Notes: generated from the letters alone by a model not told the origin. 63,351 bases of DNA from Chiloscyllium plagiosum (GCF_004010195.1 NC_057750.1:6311514-6374864), one strand, 5' to 3'; shown: positions 22,942-35,798, numbered from the stretch's first letter. Made by a program: numbers and translations.

Positions 22942-23629
22942 AATCGCTGCGCCATGTCAACGTTTCATCAAGAAATTAATAGCATTTAAACTTTTGTCTG
23001 TCTTAATTTTAATAACTCTAAAATCGATTCCAAATACAATTTGTCCCCCCCCAGAGTTTTCCAATATCTCTTTTGCATACAATTCTAACTATCAGGGTCA
23101 ATCTCCAAATTTCCTTTCGATTTATAATTGTCCGCTTGAATTTTTTGACCGATGTTTCTTTATTTTTTTTTAAAAAATATATCCTGAAATGGTCTACGCC
23201 TGGAACAGGGTTAAACTCTCCCTGTCGACTGCCTGCGCCCAGACTGCGTCAGGCGCAGGGAGCCAGGAGCACACACACACACAGAGCTCGGTGAATAATT
23301 CCCCTTTCTGAGATGTTCCATCTAGTGAGACGGTTCCCAGGAAACAGCCAACTCGCCCTTCGAGCCTTGGGGAGCGGTAAGATGGTCGGAAACTTGCTGA
23401 TTCCGCAAAGAGCAGTGTGCAAGTTTGCGCCTGGATTTCCCAGTGAATGTAGGGCTGATCCTAACATCACTTTCTGCTTGACCCTGTCTCAATGTCAGGT
23501 TCGAACCAGTTGGTTTGGAGCGGGGTTCCACCAGATCCCCAAAGTGTGGGGGGGTGGGGGGCAATCACAATCGCTTGAGATCCCCACATTCCAAATCCAA
23601 TCCAATTGGATCCAGCCGGGAGTCACGTA

Positions 23630-23930
23630 TTAGATCACTTACAGTGTGGAAACAGGCCCTTCAGCCCAACAAGTCCACACTGACCCGCTGAAGCGCAACC
23701 CCCCCAGACCCATTCCCCTACATTTACCCCTTCACCTAACACTGTGGGCAATTTAGCATGGCCAATCCACCCTAACCTGCACATCTTTGGACTGTGGGAG
23801 GAAACCTGAGCACCTGGAGGAAACCCACGCAGAGACGGGGAGAATGTGCAAACTCGGTACAGACAGTTGTCTGAGGTGGGAATTGAGCCCAGATGCTGTG
23901 AGGCAGCAGCGCTAACCACTGTGCCACCCT
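23630..23930 (-). mobile_element. HE1-type SINE
   Basis: Same head, core and tail motifs. Confidence 0.85.
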
Positions 23931-25091
23931 AAATGTGGGGTCTACAGTAAGGGGGAGGGAAGGATGGGGAACCAGTTTTGCCAAAGGGACAGCAGAAGGC
24001 AGGAAGATATTAGAGACGGTATTCCTTTGGGAAGGGGTATCCAGACTGCAAAGGGGTGTTTTTATTCACTTATGGAATATGGGGGGTCCCTGGCTGGGCC
24101 CAGAGTTTATCCCCCATCCCTAATTGCCCCCTTGAGAAGGTGGGGGGTGAGCTGCCTTCTTGAGCCGCTGCTGTCTGTGTGCTGTGGGTTGACCCACAAT
24201 GTCCTCAGGGAGGGAATTCCGGGATTCTGACCCAGCGACACTGAAGGAACGGCGACGTATTTCCAGGTCAGGGTCGGGAGTGGCTTGAAGGGGAAATCTT
24301 GTCAGAGTAGGACAGGAGAATCCCATTCTCATTTAAAGGAACGTTTTGAGAACTAGGAGGTGAGGCGATGCACCAAAGGAGGGGCAAACTATTTTGTTTT
24401 GTCCAGCTGAGAGAGATCAGGATTGGTGATGGAGTTGAATCGAAAAGGGAACTGGATTCATATCTGAAGGGAAATGGATTTTCCCTGGAAGGGGGGAGGC
24501 TGGTGGCATGTGTGGGGAGGGGGGAAAGGAGTGGGGGGTTGCTGTTACAGAGTGCTGACACCAGCATGATGGACCGAATGGTTTCCACGGCGGGCTGCTC
24601 GCTGATTCTGCTGAGACTCCTACCCCGTCCCTTTCATCTGCAAGGGCAAGGGGCTAGTATGGACAACCCATGAAACCCAGAGATTGGGAATGGAGCAATA
24701 GAGTAATCGGTGGGATGTTGCTGAGCCGCGAACTTGCGTGTCTCACGTTACGCCAGTAACCTCCCCCCCACCCCAACCACTAAAAGTTGCTCGCTTGGTG
24801 CTACGCAAATGCAGGGTCCCAACTGTTTGAACAGACAGCCTTGTCTTGGCAATGTGCTCCCCCCAGTGGACACATATGCAATTACAGATTGGGTCTGATC
24901 ACTTCCAACCAACCTGTCCAGAGATGTGGACAACTGACACATTCTTCCATGTTTGTCACATACCCCCGACCCCGCCCAGCTCCTGCTCTGTAAGGAATGC
25001 TCCCAGCACAACGAGCACATTTTCAATTATTTGCACCTCCCGTTAGCACCCATTCAGCATTTATCTCTCTCCCGGCTTATCTTCAGCCTTG

Positions 25092-25490
25092 GGTGGCACC
25101 GTGGCGTAGTGGTTAGCACTGCTACCTCCCAGCACCAGTAGACCTGGGTTCAATTCCCGCCTCAGGCGACTGACTGTGTGGAGTTTGCACATTCTCCCTG
25201 TTTAGTCTGTGTGGGTTTCCTCTGGTTTCCTCCCACAGTCACAAAGATGTGCAGGTCAGGTGAATTGCCCATAGGGGTATGTAGATTTGTTGGGCCGAAG
25301 GGCCTGTTTCCACACTGTAAGTACCCTGTTTAGTCTGTGTGGGTTTCCTCTGGTTTCCTCCCACAGTCACAAAGATGTGCAGGTCAGGTGAATTGCCCAT
25401 AGGGGTATGGGTGAGTTGCGCTTTGGCGGGTCGGTGTAGATTTGTTGGGCCGAAGGGCCTGTTTCCACACTGTAAGTAATCTAATCTAAT
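25092..25490 (+). mobile_element. HE1-type SINE with internal tandem duplication of about 128 bp
   Basis: CCCTGTTTAGTCTGTGTGGG...ATAGGGGTATG occurs twice; AATCT tail. Confidence 0.85.
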
Positions 25491-25573
25491 TCCTTCATCT
25501 GCTTCTTGGAGTCCATCTATCAAATTAAACATCACACAACACTAGGTTATAGTCTGACAGGTTTATTTGAAAG

Positions 25574-25608
25574 CACTAGCTTTCGGAGATCTGCTCCTTC
25601 ATCAGGTA
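25574..25608 (-). ncRNA. minimal hammerhead ribozyme motif (antisense to ckm intron 1)
   Basis: UAC-CUGAUGA-A-GGAG..CUCC-GAA-AGCU-A-GUG within a PLE-derived arm at about 25525-25690. Confidence 0.7.
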
Positions 25609-26280
25609 GTTGGGGAACATGACCATATAGCACAGAATTTATAGCAAAAGGGTTACAGTGTTATGGAGTTGCAATGATATGTTAAACATGACATATCATT
25701 ATCTATATATATATATAACCAATATATATCATACTGATATATATATAGTTGTTTAATATTTCATTGCAACTCCATGATACTGTACCTCATTCCGGAATGG
25801 TGGTAGGAGAGGTCAGAGCTCCCATTCATAGAATCCCTATAGTATGGAAGATGGCCATTCAGCCCATCAAGTCTCCAAAGACCATCCCACTAAGATCCAA
25901 AGACCACACCACCCCATCCCTGTGGCTAGCCCACCCAATATTCCATAATATTAGAATGCGCAAACTCCAGACAGTCGTCCGAGGGCGGAATCGAACCTGG
26001 GCCCCTGGCGTGTGAGGCAGCGGTGCTAACCACCGAGCCACCGTGCTGCAAATTTAGACAGTCAAATCCTTGTCTTCAAACCCCTCCCATGGCCCCGACC
26101 TCTCCCTATCTCTCTTAACCCCATCTAACTTTGCAAACCTCCGAGATCTCTGCCCTCCCTCAATTTCACTCTCTTCAGCGTCCTTGGTTTTAATCACTGC
26201 ATTGGTAGCTGTTTCCTCAGTAACAGGTCCTGAGCTCTGGAATTCCTATCCTTTAACCTGTTCAGCTCTCCATCACTTGC

Positions 26281-26400
26281 TCTCTCTTTCTCTCTCTCTT
26301 TCTCTCTTTCTTTCTCTCTCTCTTTCTCGCTCTTTCTCTCTCTCTCCTCTCTCTCTCTCTCCCCTTGCTCTCACATTCTCTCTCTCTCTCTCTCTGTCTC
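26281..26400. repeat. (CT)n microsatellite
   Basis: Direct reading. Confidence 0.95.
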
Positions 26401-28974
26401 TAAGTCTCTCCTTAAAACTGACCTCTACGAGCAAAAGTTTAGTCTCCTGTTCTCATATCTCCTTTCGTGACTCAGAGTCAACTGGCAGCATTCCTTGTGG
26501 AGCAGCATGGGACATTCATCAAAGGTGCTATATAAAGGCAAGCAGTTGTTGTTGGTCGTTGACCTGTGAGTCCTTGTCAAGGGCAGGTCTTTGAGATAGA
26601 CAATAAATTTGAGGAAGGTCAATGAGGAGGGCGGAAACTCTGGGAGCACAGTGCAGCCATAAATGAATTAAACAGCAGAAGCATCACTATTTACTCTGTT
26701 CATACACACTTCCTGCGGTTGTAGTTTCGAAAAGTGAGCCCCATTTCCATAATCCTAAAATGCTCTCGGGAAGTTTGAAAATTCATTCATCATTTTTATT
26801 ATTGGATGTTAAGATTGCTAAACTTAACGTCACAGCGCGCAGCCTTTGTAATGTGATGCTTAGATATTTAAAAAAGGTGTGAGGCTTAAATGTTTTCAGG
26901 TGGTGGCAATATGCCAGTGTGACCGACTGGCATGGCTTCCTCACAGAACACTATGGCACTCAATCCCATTTTAGGACTTAGATGCCAATCCTAATTTGGG
27001 GCCTGTGCCGTGCTGGAGGTCCACGTTTTGAGAGAATCCTTTAAGTCGGGAACCTCATTTGGGTTTTTAACAAAAATCCAGTCATGGGTCTTTGGCTGAG
27101 CCAATGTTTATTGCCCCATCCCTAATTGCCCCCTTGAGAAAGTGGAGGAGAGCCGACATCTTGAATTGCTTCTGCCCCAGTTTGGTGTTGGACACCCACA
27201 ATGCCCTTTAGGGAGGGAGTTGCAAGGATTTTGACCCAGCGACACGGCGATATATTTCCGAGTCAGGTCCAAAGAGGACAGTCCCAATTTCTTCAATCTA
27301 TCCTCAAGATTGGAGTTCCTCATCTTTGGAACCATCCTTGTAAAGCGCTTTTGTCTTCCCACTGATGAGTACTTCCAATAATGTGGTGTCCAGAACTGTA
27401 CACAATCCTCTAGCTGAGGAGGTCCACTGTGGACTTGTTGGGCTGAGTGTTTCCACACTGTCGGGATTCTATGATTCTAACCAATGTCTCCAGGACCAGT
27501 TGAGAAAGGACATCCCAAATTTTGGTTTCTCCCTGTTGCTGTTGTCCACTTCCCTGGATTGTTTTGGGGAAGTCTCTAGATCATGTGGGAGAGGCCATCC
27601 ATTAGAAACCAAGAGAAGGACCTTTGAGCCTGTTGATGATGGCCACAGTCGGTTTGGAGAGATCTTCTGTTATTTGTTGATCAGAGACGTTATGACGCAT
27701 CTCTGGGGCCAGGCCTCCTGGCTCAGACATTGGGACACTACCACTTCACGCAATGGGCAGCTTGGTATTCTAATCCAAATTTCCCCCACCTTCTGCCTAA
27801 CTCGTCTCCATTAACCTCCTCTTGAGGTGTCTCGTGTCTGCCCGATTAAAAATTGCACTTTTTCTTCCGGGCAATAATTGTGTGACATTGCTGTGCATGG
27901 TATAACCTGGACATTATGCCACAATGGAGTCATAGAGATGTACAGCATGGAAACAGACCCTTTGGTCCAACCCGTCCATTCCGACCAGGTATCCCAACCC
28001 AATCTAGTCCCACCTGCCAGCACCCGGCCCATATCCCTCCAAACCCTTCCTATTCATATACCCTTCCAGATGCCTCTTAAATGTTGCAATTGTACCAGCC
28101 TCATATTGCCAGAAAATTCTATTTTGAAATCCTGTCGCACCTTGTGGTTCAGCAAGTGCAATGCTGGGAGACTTCTCTCATAAAATTGTCATCGATAGTT
28201 GTAAAAATCCATCTGGCTCAGTGATGTCACTTTTACGCAAGAAAATCTGCCACCCTTACCTGGTCTGGCCTACATGTGACTCCAGTCCCACAGCAATATG
28301 GCTGACTATTAAGTGCCCTAAAAATAGCTCAGCAAGCCACTCCATTCAAGGGGCAATTAGGGGTCAGTAACAAAATGCTGGCCTTGTCTAGTGATGCCAA
28401 CATCGCAAGAAAGGCCTTATGAATAAAATCTGAAGGGACTTGGCTGGATAAATATCACCTAATCATTCTCCCGAATGGAAATTGCTGGGGGAACTCAGCA
28501 GGTCTGGCACCAACTGTGGAGAGAGGGAAACAGAGTTCACATTTTGACTCCACTGACCCCATCGTCAGAACTTCAACCAGAAACATGAACTGTTTCTCTC
28601 TCCGTCACTCCACAGACCTGCCGAGTTTCTGTGGAGAGACGGAGAGAGGGACAGTTCACGTTTCTGGTTGAAGTTATGCTGAAGGGTTGTTTCTCTCCAC
28701 AGACCTGCCGAGTTTCTGTGGAGAGAGGGACAGTTCACGTTTCTGGTTGAAGTTCTGCTGAAGGGTTGTTTCTCTCCACAGACCTGGCGAGTTTCTCCAG
28801 CAATTTCGGTTTCTGTTTCGGATTTCCAGCATCCACAGTTTCTGGTTTGATTTTCCGGTCTGCTTTTGACTTCCAGTTAGTGTCCCCTTGCCCTAGATTC
28901 CCGCAACACTTGACTAAGCTTTCTCTCCAACTCATCAGGACACGTTGCAAGAGTGCCAAATTTCAAAGCCAGCA

Positions 28975-29607
28975 TGTGATGAAGCTGCTCCTTTAACAAG
29001 GTTACACTGTCCTTGGCTTTTCTTTTGCAAAGAGTTTGTAAATGACACAGACTCCAAAAAGTCTGGATTTGAAGGGTTTTAGGGCAAGTTTGATTATAAC
29101 TAACAGATACTGCCTCAGGCAACAGGCTTTCAAGTTGTAAAAAACAGACACTTGTCCAATGAAAGGGGAGCGGCCAGTTCTCCCAGCTCTGCTTCTCTCT
29201 AGTCTGGTCTGGTTTGGTTTGGTTTGTAACTGCAGCGTGGTAAAAGCTGCTGGGCCCACAGAAGCAGGTCCATGCTGATCCTCCCTCTCTCCAGGAAGAC
29301 CCTGTATTGGATTTTACCTTTTGTACCACGGGGGTGTTAATGGGGATTGTTGCACGTATTGGGAACAGCATCATTAAGCTGGGATGATCTGTTGGGTTTG
29401 CGGAAAGGTTAAGTTATTCTGTATTTTGTTCTCTGTTGTTTGTATTTTATTCGGTAATCCTATAAATAAATTCTGTTTTGTTTAAAACTAAATGGTTGGG
29501 CCAGCTGCATCTCACCTGGAATATCCACTTAACACTTGCTTAAAACAACACGCAAAGTGAGGGTCTGGGCTGGATTGTTTTGAGGGTGTCTGACCTGGTC
29601 CATAACA
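28975..29607 (+). mobile_element. solo LTR
   Basis: TGTGATG...CATAACA termini (TG..CA, 6/7 inverted match), CCAAT near 29156, AATAAA at 29465; no clean TSD seen. Confidence 0.6.
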
Positions 29608-29624
29608 CGTGGCAGGAGGATGTA

Positions 29625-29858
29625 AAGACTACAGATGCTGGAGATCAGAGTCGAGAGTGTGGTGCTGGAAAAGCACAGCAGGTCAGGCAGCATCCGAGGA
29701 GCAGGAGAATCGACGTTTCAGGCATAAGCCCTTCATCAGGAACGACCGTTTCGAGCAGTGTCTCTTCATTCCTGATGAAGGGCTTGTGCCCGAAACATCG
29801 ATTCTCCTGCTCTTCAAATGCTGCCTGACCTGCTGTGCTTTTCCAGCACCACACTCAC
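29625..29858. mobile_element. fold-back Penelope-derived element with two opposed hammerhead motifs
   Basis: About 29655-29742 is the reverse complement of about 29769-29856. Confidence 0.85.
29708..29743 (-). ncRNA. minimal hammerhead ribozyme motif (antisense to ckm)
   Basis: CUGAUGA-A-GGGC(UUAU)GCCU-GAA-ACGU-C. Confidence 0.7.
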
Positions 29859-30034
29859 GACCCATAACAAGTGGCAGCCTATATTGTGTTGGGAAAGGGT
29901 GCCGATTGGTTGGCATGTGAACTCCGATTGGCCGAGGTGTTGCCATGGAAAAGGCACCCCTCTTCGCTTCACTCAAAGCATGTGTCTCTTTTGGCTACAG
30001 AGGTAAGGTCCTGGCTGTTGGAAATATGAGGCCT

Positions 30035-30655
30035 CCAGCAACTTTTCCGTCAGGCAGAAGATGCAGATGCTTGAGCACACGTGCTAACAGATTCAAGATC
30101 AGCTTCTTCCCGGCCATATTAGACTGACGAATGGACCTCCCCTACCTCAAATAACGTTGGTCTTGCCCTGTGCAATTGTTGTCCGCAAGAAAAAGTCCCA
30201 TTTTGAATTGTGGCAAATGTGAGAGACACCCTCAAGTGGAGATTAACGGGGCTTTTTAGTTTAGCTTAAGAGTTAGGCAGAGGGTTGGGCTAATTTGTGT
30301 TGGAATACAGTCAGTTCTTCTGTGACACGATGGTTGCGTTCTTGTGGAACCCCGCTTTATAGAAAAAGCGCACTTCAGAAACTGCGCTTAAAGTGTTGAT
30401 GATGTAATCGCAATACAGCTAACATATGTTTTAAAAGTTTCGTCAACCATGTTACAGTGAATTCACCTTCGTGAACCACACATTAAAGCCATACAAGCTG
30501 TTCAGGCCTACCCTGTATTCCTCACCCCGTCCAAGTTGTTTTTTTTTCACCCTATGATCTATATGTCCTTGCTCACAATGGTCTGCCTGTAAAGCTCACA
30601 AACAAAGCTTTGCACTGTACTTAGGTACATGGGACAATAAATAAAATCGAACCAA
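30035..30655 (+). mobile_element. Rex1/Babar-type LINE 3' remnant, interrupted (Tigger-like piece at about 30306-30445)
   Basis: FPSGRRCRCLSTRANRFKISFFPAI resembles the Rex/Babar ORF2 end LPSGRRYRS..RT.R.KNSFFP; tail ...GACAATAAATAAAATC. Confidence 0.6.
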
Positions 30656-30927
30656 TGAGCCACATTGGGATTGAGTCAAAATGCACTAGCAGTTCATTTC
30701 AAAATGCTGTAAAAAAATAAGTAAATTAATCCCCTAAATTGTTACCATCATCTATGTCGTTTGATCCTGTACTCTTTGCAACCTCAACATCTCTTTTACT
30801 GCCTGAGGGATGGTGCCGGGAATTGGAGAGTATGAGTTTATTGGGGGCTTGTCTATTTTTCTTGCCTATTGATGGCTCTGTCCCCCATTCTGATTGGTGT
30901 GTTTCAGGACTTGGTCAATTTGCAATC

Positions 30928-31120
30928 ATGCCTTTCAGTAGCACTCACAACAAATGGAAGCTGAACTATACAGCAGAGGAAGAGTTTCCTGACCTCAGCA
31001 AACATAACAATCACATGGCCAAGGCTTTGACCCTCGATATCTACAAACAACTTCGCGACAAGGAGACTCCCAGTGGCTTCACCCTTGACGATGTGATCCA
31101 GACCGGAGTGGACAATCCAG
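30928..31120 (+). CDS. ckm: creatine kinase M-type, coding exon 1 (gene exon 2 starts at 30908)
   Basis: [14 protein letters not shown]...[10 protein letters not shown]; acceptor TTTCAG|G at 30907/8; donor CCAG|GTGAGA; 193 nt. Confidence 0.98.
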
Positions 31121-31134
31121 GTGAGAGGACGGGC

Positions 31135-31425
31135 AAAGGCGCTTTGGTGACTTTCCGCAGCACGCCTTGTAGTCGGTACACACCGTCGCTACGGGGCCGT
31201 CGGTGATGGAGGGCGTGGATGTTTGTGGATGTGGTGCCAATCAAGCGGGGGCTGCTTTGTCCCTGGATGGTGTTGAGCTTCTCAGGTGTTGTTGGAGCTG
31301 CCCCCATCCAGGGCAAAGTGAAGAATATCCCGTCACCCTCCAGACTCCTGCCTTGTCAATGCTGGACAGGCTTTGGGGAGTCAGGAGGTGAGTTACCCGC
31401 TGCAGGTTCGCAGCCTCTGACCTCC
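31135..31425 (-). mobile_element. CR1/L2-group LINE fragment abutting the exon 2 donor
   Basis: PWMGAAPTTPEKLNTIQ...[17 protein letters not shown]. Confidence 0.75.
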
Positions 31426-32920
31426 CCTTGTATTGATATGGCTGAAGTCAGAGGTCGCAAGACCCCAGGTTATAATTCAATAGGTTTATTTGAAGTCACT
31501 TCAGCTGATGAAGGGGCAGTGCTCTGAAACCTTGTGGTTTCAAGTAAACCTATTGGACTGTAACCTGGTGTTGTGTGACTGCTGACCTTGTCCACCCCAG
31601 TCCAACATTGGCACTTCCACACCATTGATATGGCTCAGTCAATCCCTAGACATTGATAGTGGGGAATTCAGCAATAAAGACCCCACTGAACATTGAGGGG
31701 TGATGGTTAGCTTTTCTGTTGTTGGAGCTGGTCATTAAAGATCATAACATTGGAATGTTACTTGACGACATCCCTTGTTAACTGACCTATCGGGAGAGTA
31801 GACTCTTTTAGTAATTATGGATGGTCAGGCCAGCATTGGTTTCCTGTCTCTAATTACCTAGGGTGCACTTAGAAGTTGACCACATTGTCTGGAGTCACCC
31901 AGATTTTTAAAACAACCGTCTGTGTAATGGCAACCATTTTATTCCTGACTTTTACTGAATTCCGGTCCCACCATCTGTACAGTGGGATTCAAACCCTATC
32001 CCCAGACCTTTAGCCTTTGCTTCCAGATGACTAAACTCAGTGACATTGCCACTCGACCACCCCTGTTCCTTGGAGGACAGGGCAGTACAAGTGGTGAACC
32101 CATTGCAATGTGGTTGTCAATGGGGTCTGGACAGGGCAGGTAGTGAGAATGTACTACACTGCGGAGAATGGATCAGGGACTCCGGAGTCTCAGCTCGATA
32201 AAGAGAAAAGTCTTCGCCCTAAGGGTTGCGCTTGTTTGAGATCCTCTGATCCGTTAGCATCGTGTATCAGATGCTGGATTTGAGAAAATTGTCGACAATC
32301 TAAATTTAAGGGACAATTAGGACAGTCAGTGGAATGGAAGGCTCTTCCTATCAGATGGGGGAGATCAGGGGACGGCTGACTGTCCCTGGAGATCGTCTCC
32401 ATGAATAGGGTGAATAGCAAAGACGTTTTCCCTGGGTTGGGGGGAGTCCAAAACTAGGGGCATATTTTAAGGTGATAAGGGAAGGATTTAAAAGGGACCT
32501 GAGGGGCAACCATTTCATGCAGGGGGTGGATTGAATTCCCAGAGGAAGTGGTAGATGCAGGTACAATTGTAACATTTCAAAGACATTTGGACAAGTGCAT
32601 AGATAGGAAAGGTTTAAAGGGATATGGGCCAAATGTATGCAAATAGGACTAGTTTAATTCAGGAAACTTGGTCAGCATGGACGAGTTGGACTGAAGGGTC
32701 TGTTCGGTGCTGTACATCTCGATGATTATTCTGTTGCTGAGCAGTTTTAATTCAGTAGTCTTGCGGCTAAGAGGTGGTGCGGGATGGTAGAAGATGGAGC
32801 AGCCTACTCCTACTCTGCTGTGAAACCTTGTATCATCAGTTAGTGAGCATCGCGTCGATCTGAACACCAGCCCATGCTGTTGCGGGATCGATAATATCAG
32901 GGTTTCTCACTGTCCCTCAG

Positions 32921-33075
32921 GTCACCCCTTCATCATGACCGTGGGCTGTGTCGCTGGGGATGAGGAATCTTACGATGTCTTCAAGGCTCTCTTCGACCCC
33001 GTCATTCAGGATCGTCACGGCGGCTACAAGCCAACAGACAAACACAAGACTGACCTCAACCACGAAAACCTGAAG
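32921..33075 (+). CDS. ckm: creatine kinase M-type, coding exon 2
   Basis: [17 protein letters not shown]...[14 protein letters not shown]| acceptor, AAG|GTTTGT donor; 155 nt. Confidence 0.98.
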
Positions 33076-33169
33076 GTTTGTACCAGGCCGTGCGGCCGGC
33101 TGAATCCACCTCTGTCCTCTCACACTGGGAGCTGGAGGGATACTGCTACGGACGTGTAGACAGGTCAGC

Positions 33170-33471
33170 ATTAGATTAGATTGCATTACAGTGTGGAAAC
33201 AGGCCCTTCGGCCCAACAAGTCCACACCGACCCGCCAAAGCGTAACGCACCCGTACCCCTACATTTACCCCTTACCTAACACTACGGGCAATTTAGCATG
33301 GCCAATTCACCTGACCTGCACATCTTTGGACTGTGGGAGGAAACTGGCGGAAACCCACGCAGACACGGGGAGAATGTGCAAACTCCACACAGACAGTCGC
33401 CTGAGGCGGGAATTGAACCCGGGTCTCTGGCGCTGTGAGGCAGCAGTGCTAACCACTGTGCTACCGTGCCG
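33170..33471 (-). mobile_element. HE1-type SINE
   Basis: Head GCGGCACGGTAGCACAGTGGTTAGC and (AATCT)n tail. Confidence 0.88.
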
Positions 33472-34259
33472 CATTGAGATTTGAAGTGAAATCAGTCTGA
33501 TATTTACTGGCCTCTTGTCATCAGACCCCGCAGACCCCACATAAACAGAAAAACCTCCATACAGAAAGAAGCCATTCGGCCCAAGTGGTCCAGGAGGTTA
33601 CTAGCCAACCTGGTCAGAGATGTTACCACACACCCTATAGAGTAGGTGGGACTTGAACCCACGTTCTCCTGGTCCTGGGGTAGGGACACTGCCTATGCAC
33701 CAAAAGAGCCTCTCCAAACCCAACCGCTCCATATTGCTGCTCCTGCCCCCTTTCAGTAGAAGGACAAGGGCAGCAGATACATGGGAACACCACCCCTGCA
33801 GGTTCCCCTCCACTCACCATTCCGATTGGGAAATATATCGCTGTTCCTTCAGTGTGACTGGGCCAAGGTCCTGGAATTCCTTCCCTGAGGGCATTGGGTG
33901 TCAACCCACAGTACAGGGACTGCAGTGGTTCAAGACTGCTCACCCCCACCTTCTCAAGGGGGCAATTAGGGAGGGGGGGGTGATAAACGCTGCACCCAGC
34001 CAGTGACACCCACACTCCTGCACCCCCCCCACCATGAAAAAGAACCAGAATTGTCTCCTGTCTTTAATGAAGGTAATGACCAGCCCAGCCCGGTATAGTG
34101 GAATGAATTGGCCCATCACACCTCTGCCCACTTGTTGAGAGAGTTATCCAGTTAATCCACAACTCTTCTTCCCAATGATGTACTCGCTCAGTCTCGGGGA
34201 CTGGCAATGTCTGGATTTTTCCAGAAAGCACTGTTTGGTAAATGCCTGCATTTGGACCA

Positions 34260-34520
34260 AGTTAAAAATCACATGACACCAGATTAGAGTCCAACAGGTT
34301 TATTTGGAAGCACTAGCTTTCGGAGCGCCACTCCTTCATCCGTTGGTTGTGGTACAGGATTTACTATAAATTCTGTGTCCTATGATACTGCCCCACTAGC
34401 TACCCGATGAAGGAGCAGCGCTCCGAAAGCTAGTGCTTCCAATTAAACCTGTCGGACTATAACCTGGTGTTGTGTGATTTTTAACGTTGTCCAACCCAGT
34501 CCAACCCCGGCATCTCCACG
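34260..34520. mobile_element. fold-back Penelope-derived element, both hammerhead cores mutated
   Basis: Inverted arms at about 34261-34350 and 34400-34485; cores read CGGAUGA (-) and CCGAUGA (+). Confidence 0.8.
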
Positions 34521-34705
34521 TGATGTATTTGTACAAAACCTGCCTTGAGCTTTAAAGGCAGGACCTGAGGGAGATCAATGGCCCCATCGGAATAAAATCA
34601 CAGGTCAGGAATCCTTTATCTGACCATCCCAGTCAGATCTTAGCTTTTAGTTCATTTGCGTGTGTATGTTGGCGGGGGGGGGGGGGGGGTGCGAGAATCT
34701 TTGCT

Positions 34706-34801
34706 NNNNNNNNNNNNNNNNNNNNNNNNNNNNNNNNNNNNNNNNNNNNNNNNNNNNNNNNNNNNNNNNNNNNNNNNNNNNNNNNNNNNNNNNNNNNNNN
34801 N
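34706..34801. other. assembly gap (ckm intron 3)
   Basis: Run of N; exon phases on both sides join correctly, so no coding exon is missing. Confidence 1.
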
Positions 34802-34945
34802 GTGTTTTTCTGTGTTTATGTGTTCGGTATTTTTCTGTGTTTATGTGTTCAGTGTTTTTCTGTGTTTATGTGTTCGGTGTTTTTCTGTGTTTATGTGTTC
34901 AGTGTTTTTCTGTGTTTATGTGTTTGGTGTTTTTCTGTGTTTTTT
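34802..34945. repeat. 25-bp minisatellite
   Basis: GTGTTTTTCTGTGTTTATGTGTTCR, 5-6 copies. Confidence 0.9.
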
Positions 34946-34984
34946 TTATGGGTGTTTTCTTGTCTGCAAAACTTTTTGGACATG

Positions 34985-35345
34985 ATTTGATTTGATTTAC
35001 GTAGGTCCAGTGAAAAGTCTTGTTTTGCGTACAGTACAGGCAGATCGTACACTAGAAAGATCACAGGCTGCTAGAACAGAGTGAGGAATACAGTGTTACA
35101 GCTGCAGAGAAGGTGCACCAAGAGTGAGATCAACATTAGATTTGGATTTTGAGAGGTCCATTCAGAAGTCTGATAACAGCGGGGAAGAAGTTTGTCCATG
35201 TGTTTGAGTCTTTGTACCTACTGCCCGATGGAAGAGGGTCTAACCGGGGTGGGAGGGCTCACTGATGATGTAGGTTGCTTTCCTGAGGCAGTGGGAGGTG
35301 TAGGCGGAGACAGTGGACGGGAGGCTGGTGATGGACTGGGCTGTA
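34985..35345 (-). mobile_element. Rex1/Babar-type LINE 3' remnant
   Basis: Minus strand LPSGSRY....FFPAVIRLLNGP and (AAATC)n tail. Confidence 0.65.
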
Positions 35346-35665
35346 GTTTGAACTCAGTGCATCTGCAGGTCTGAGAACAACAAATGCAGTGGGTCAGGCA
35401 GCAGCCATAGAGTCTAGACTCGAAACGTTAGCTTGCTCTCGGTCCCTGGATGCTATCTGAATGCTGTGATCTCCAGTAATTGTTGCTTTCAGTACAGAGT
35501 CCAGCGTCTGCAGTGATTTGTCCCTGCGTTTCATCTGTGGGTCAGTATGGCTTCTAGAGGGTTTTTGTGTTTGTTTTAGTCATGTGGATGAAGAGTGCCT
35601 GAGCTGCATTATAACCGTAACAGTGCCTCCCCGTGGCTGATCTGGTCTCTTTCCACATTGCACAG

Positions 35666-35798
35666 GGCGGTGATGACCTTGATCCCAACTACGTGCTGAG
35701 CAGCAGGGTCCGAACTGGCCGTAGTATCAAGGGCATCGCGCTGCCACCTCACTGCAGCCGGGGAGAACGCCGTCTCATTGAGAAACTCAGTATAAATG
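35666..35798 (+). CDS. ckm: creatine kinase M-type, coding exon 3
   Basis: [23 protein letters not shown]...EKLSIN; CACAG| acceptor, G|GTAGGT donor; 133 nt. Confidence 0.98.

Noticed and set aside
30739..30927. In-frame N-terminal extension of CK (possible mitochondrial-type leader)
   Set aside because: Intronic read-through; an acceptor lies at 30907 and the protein is cytosolic M-type starting MPF
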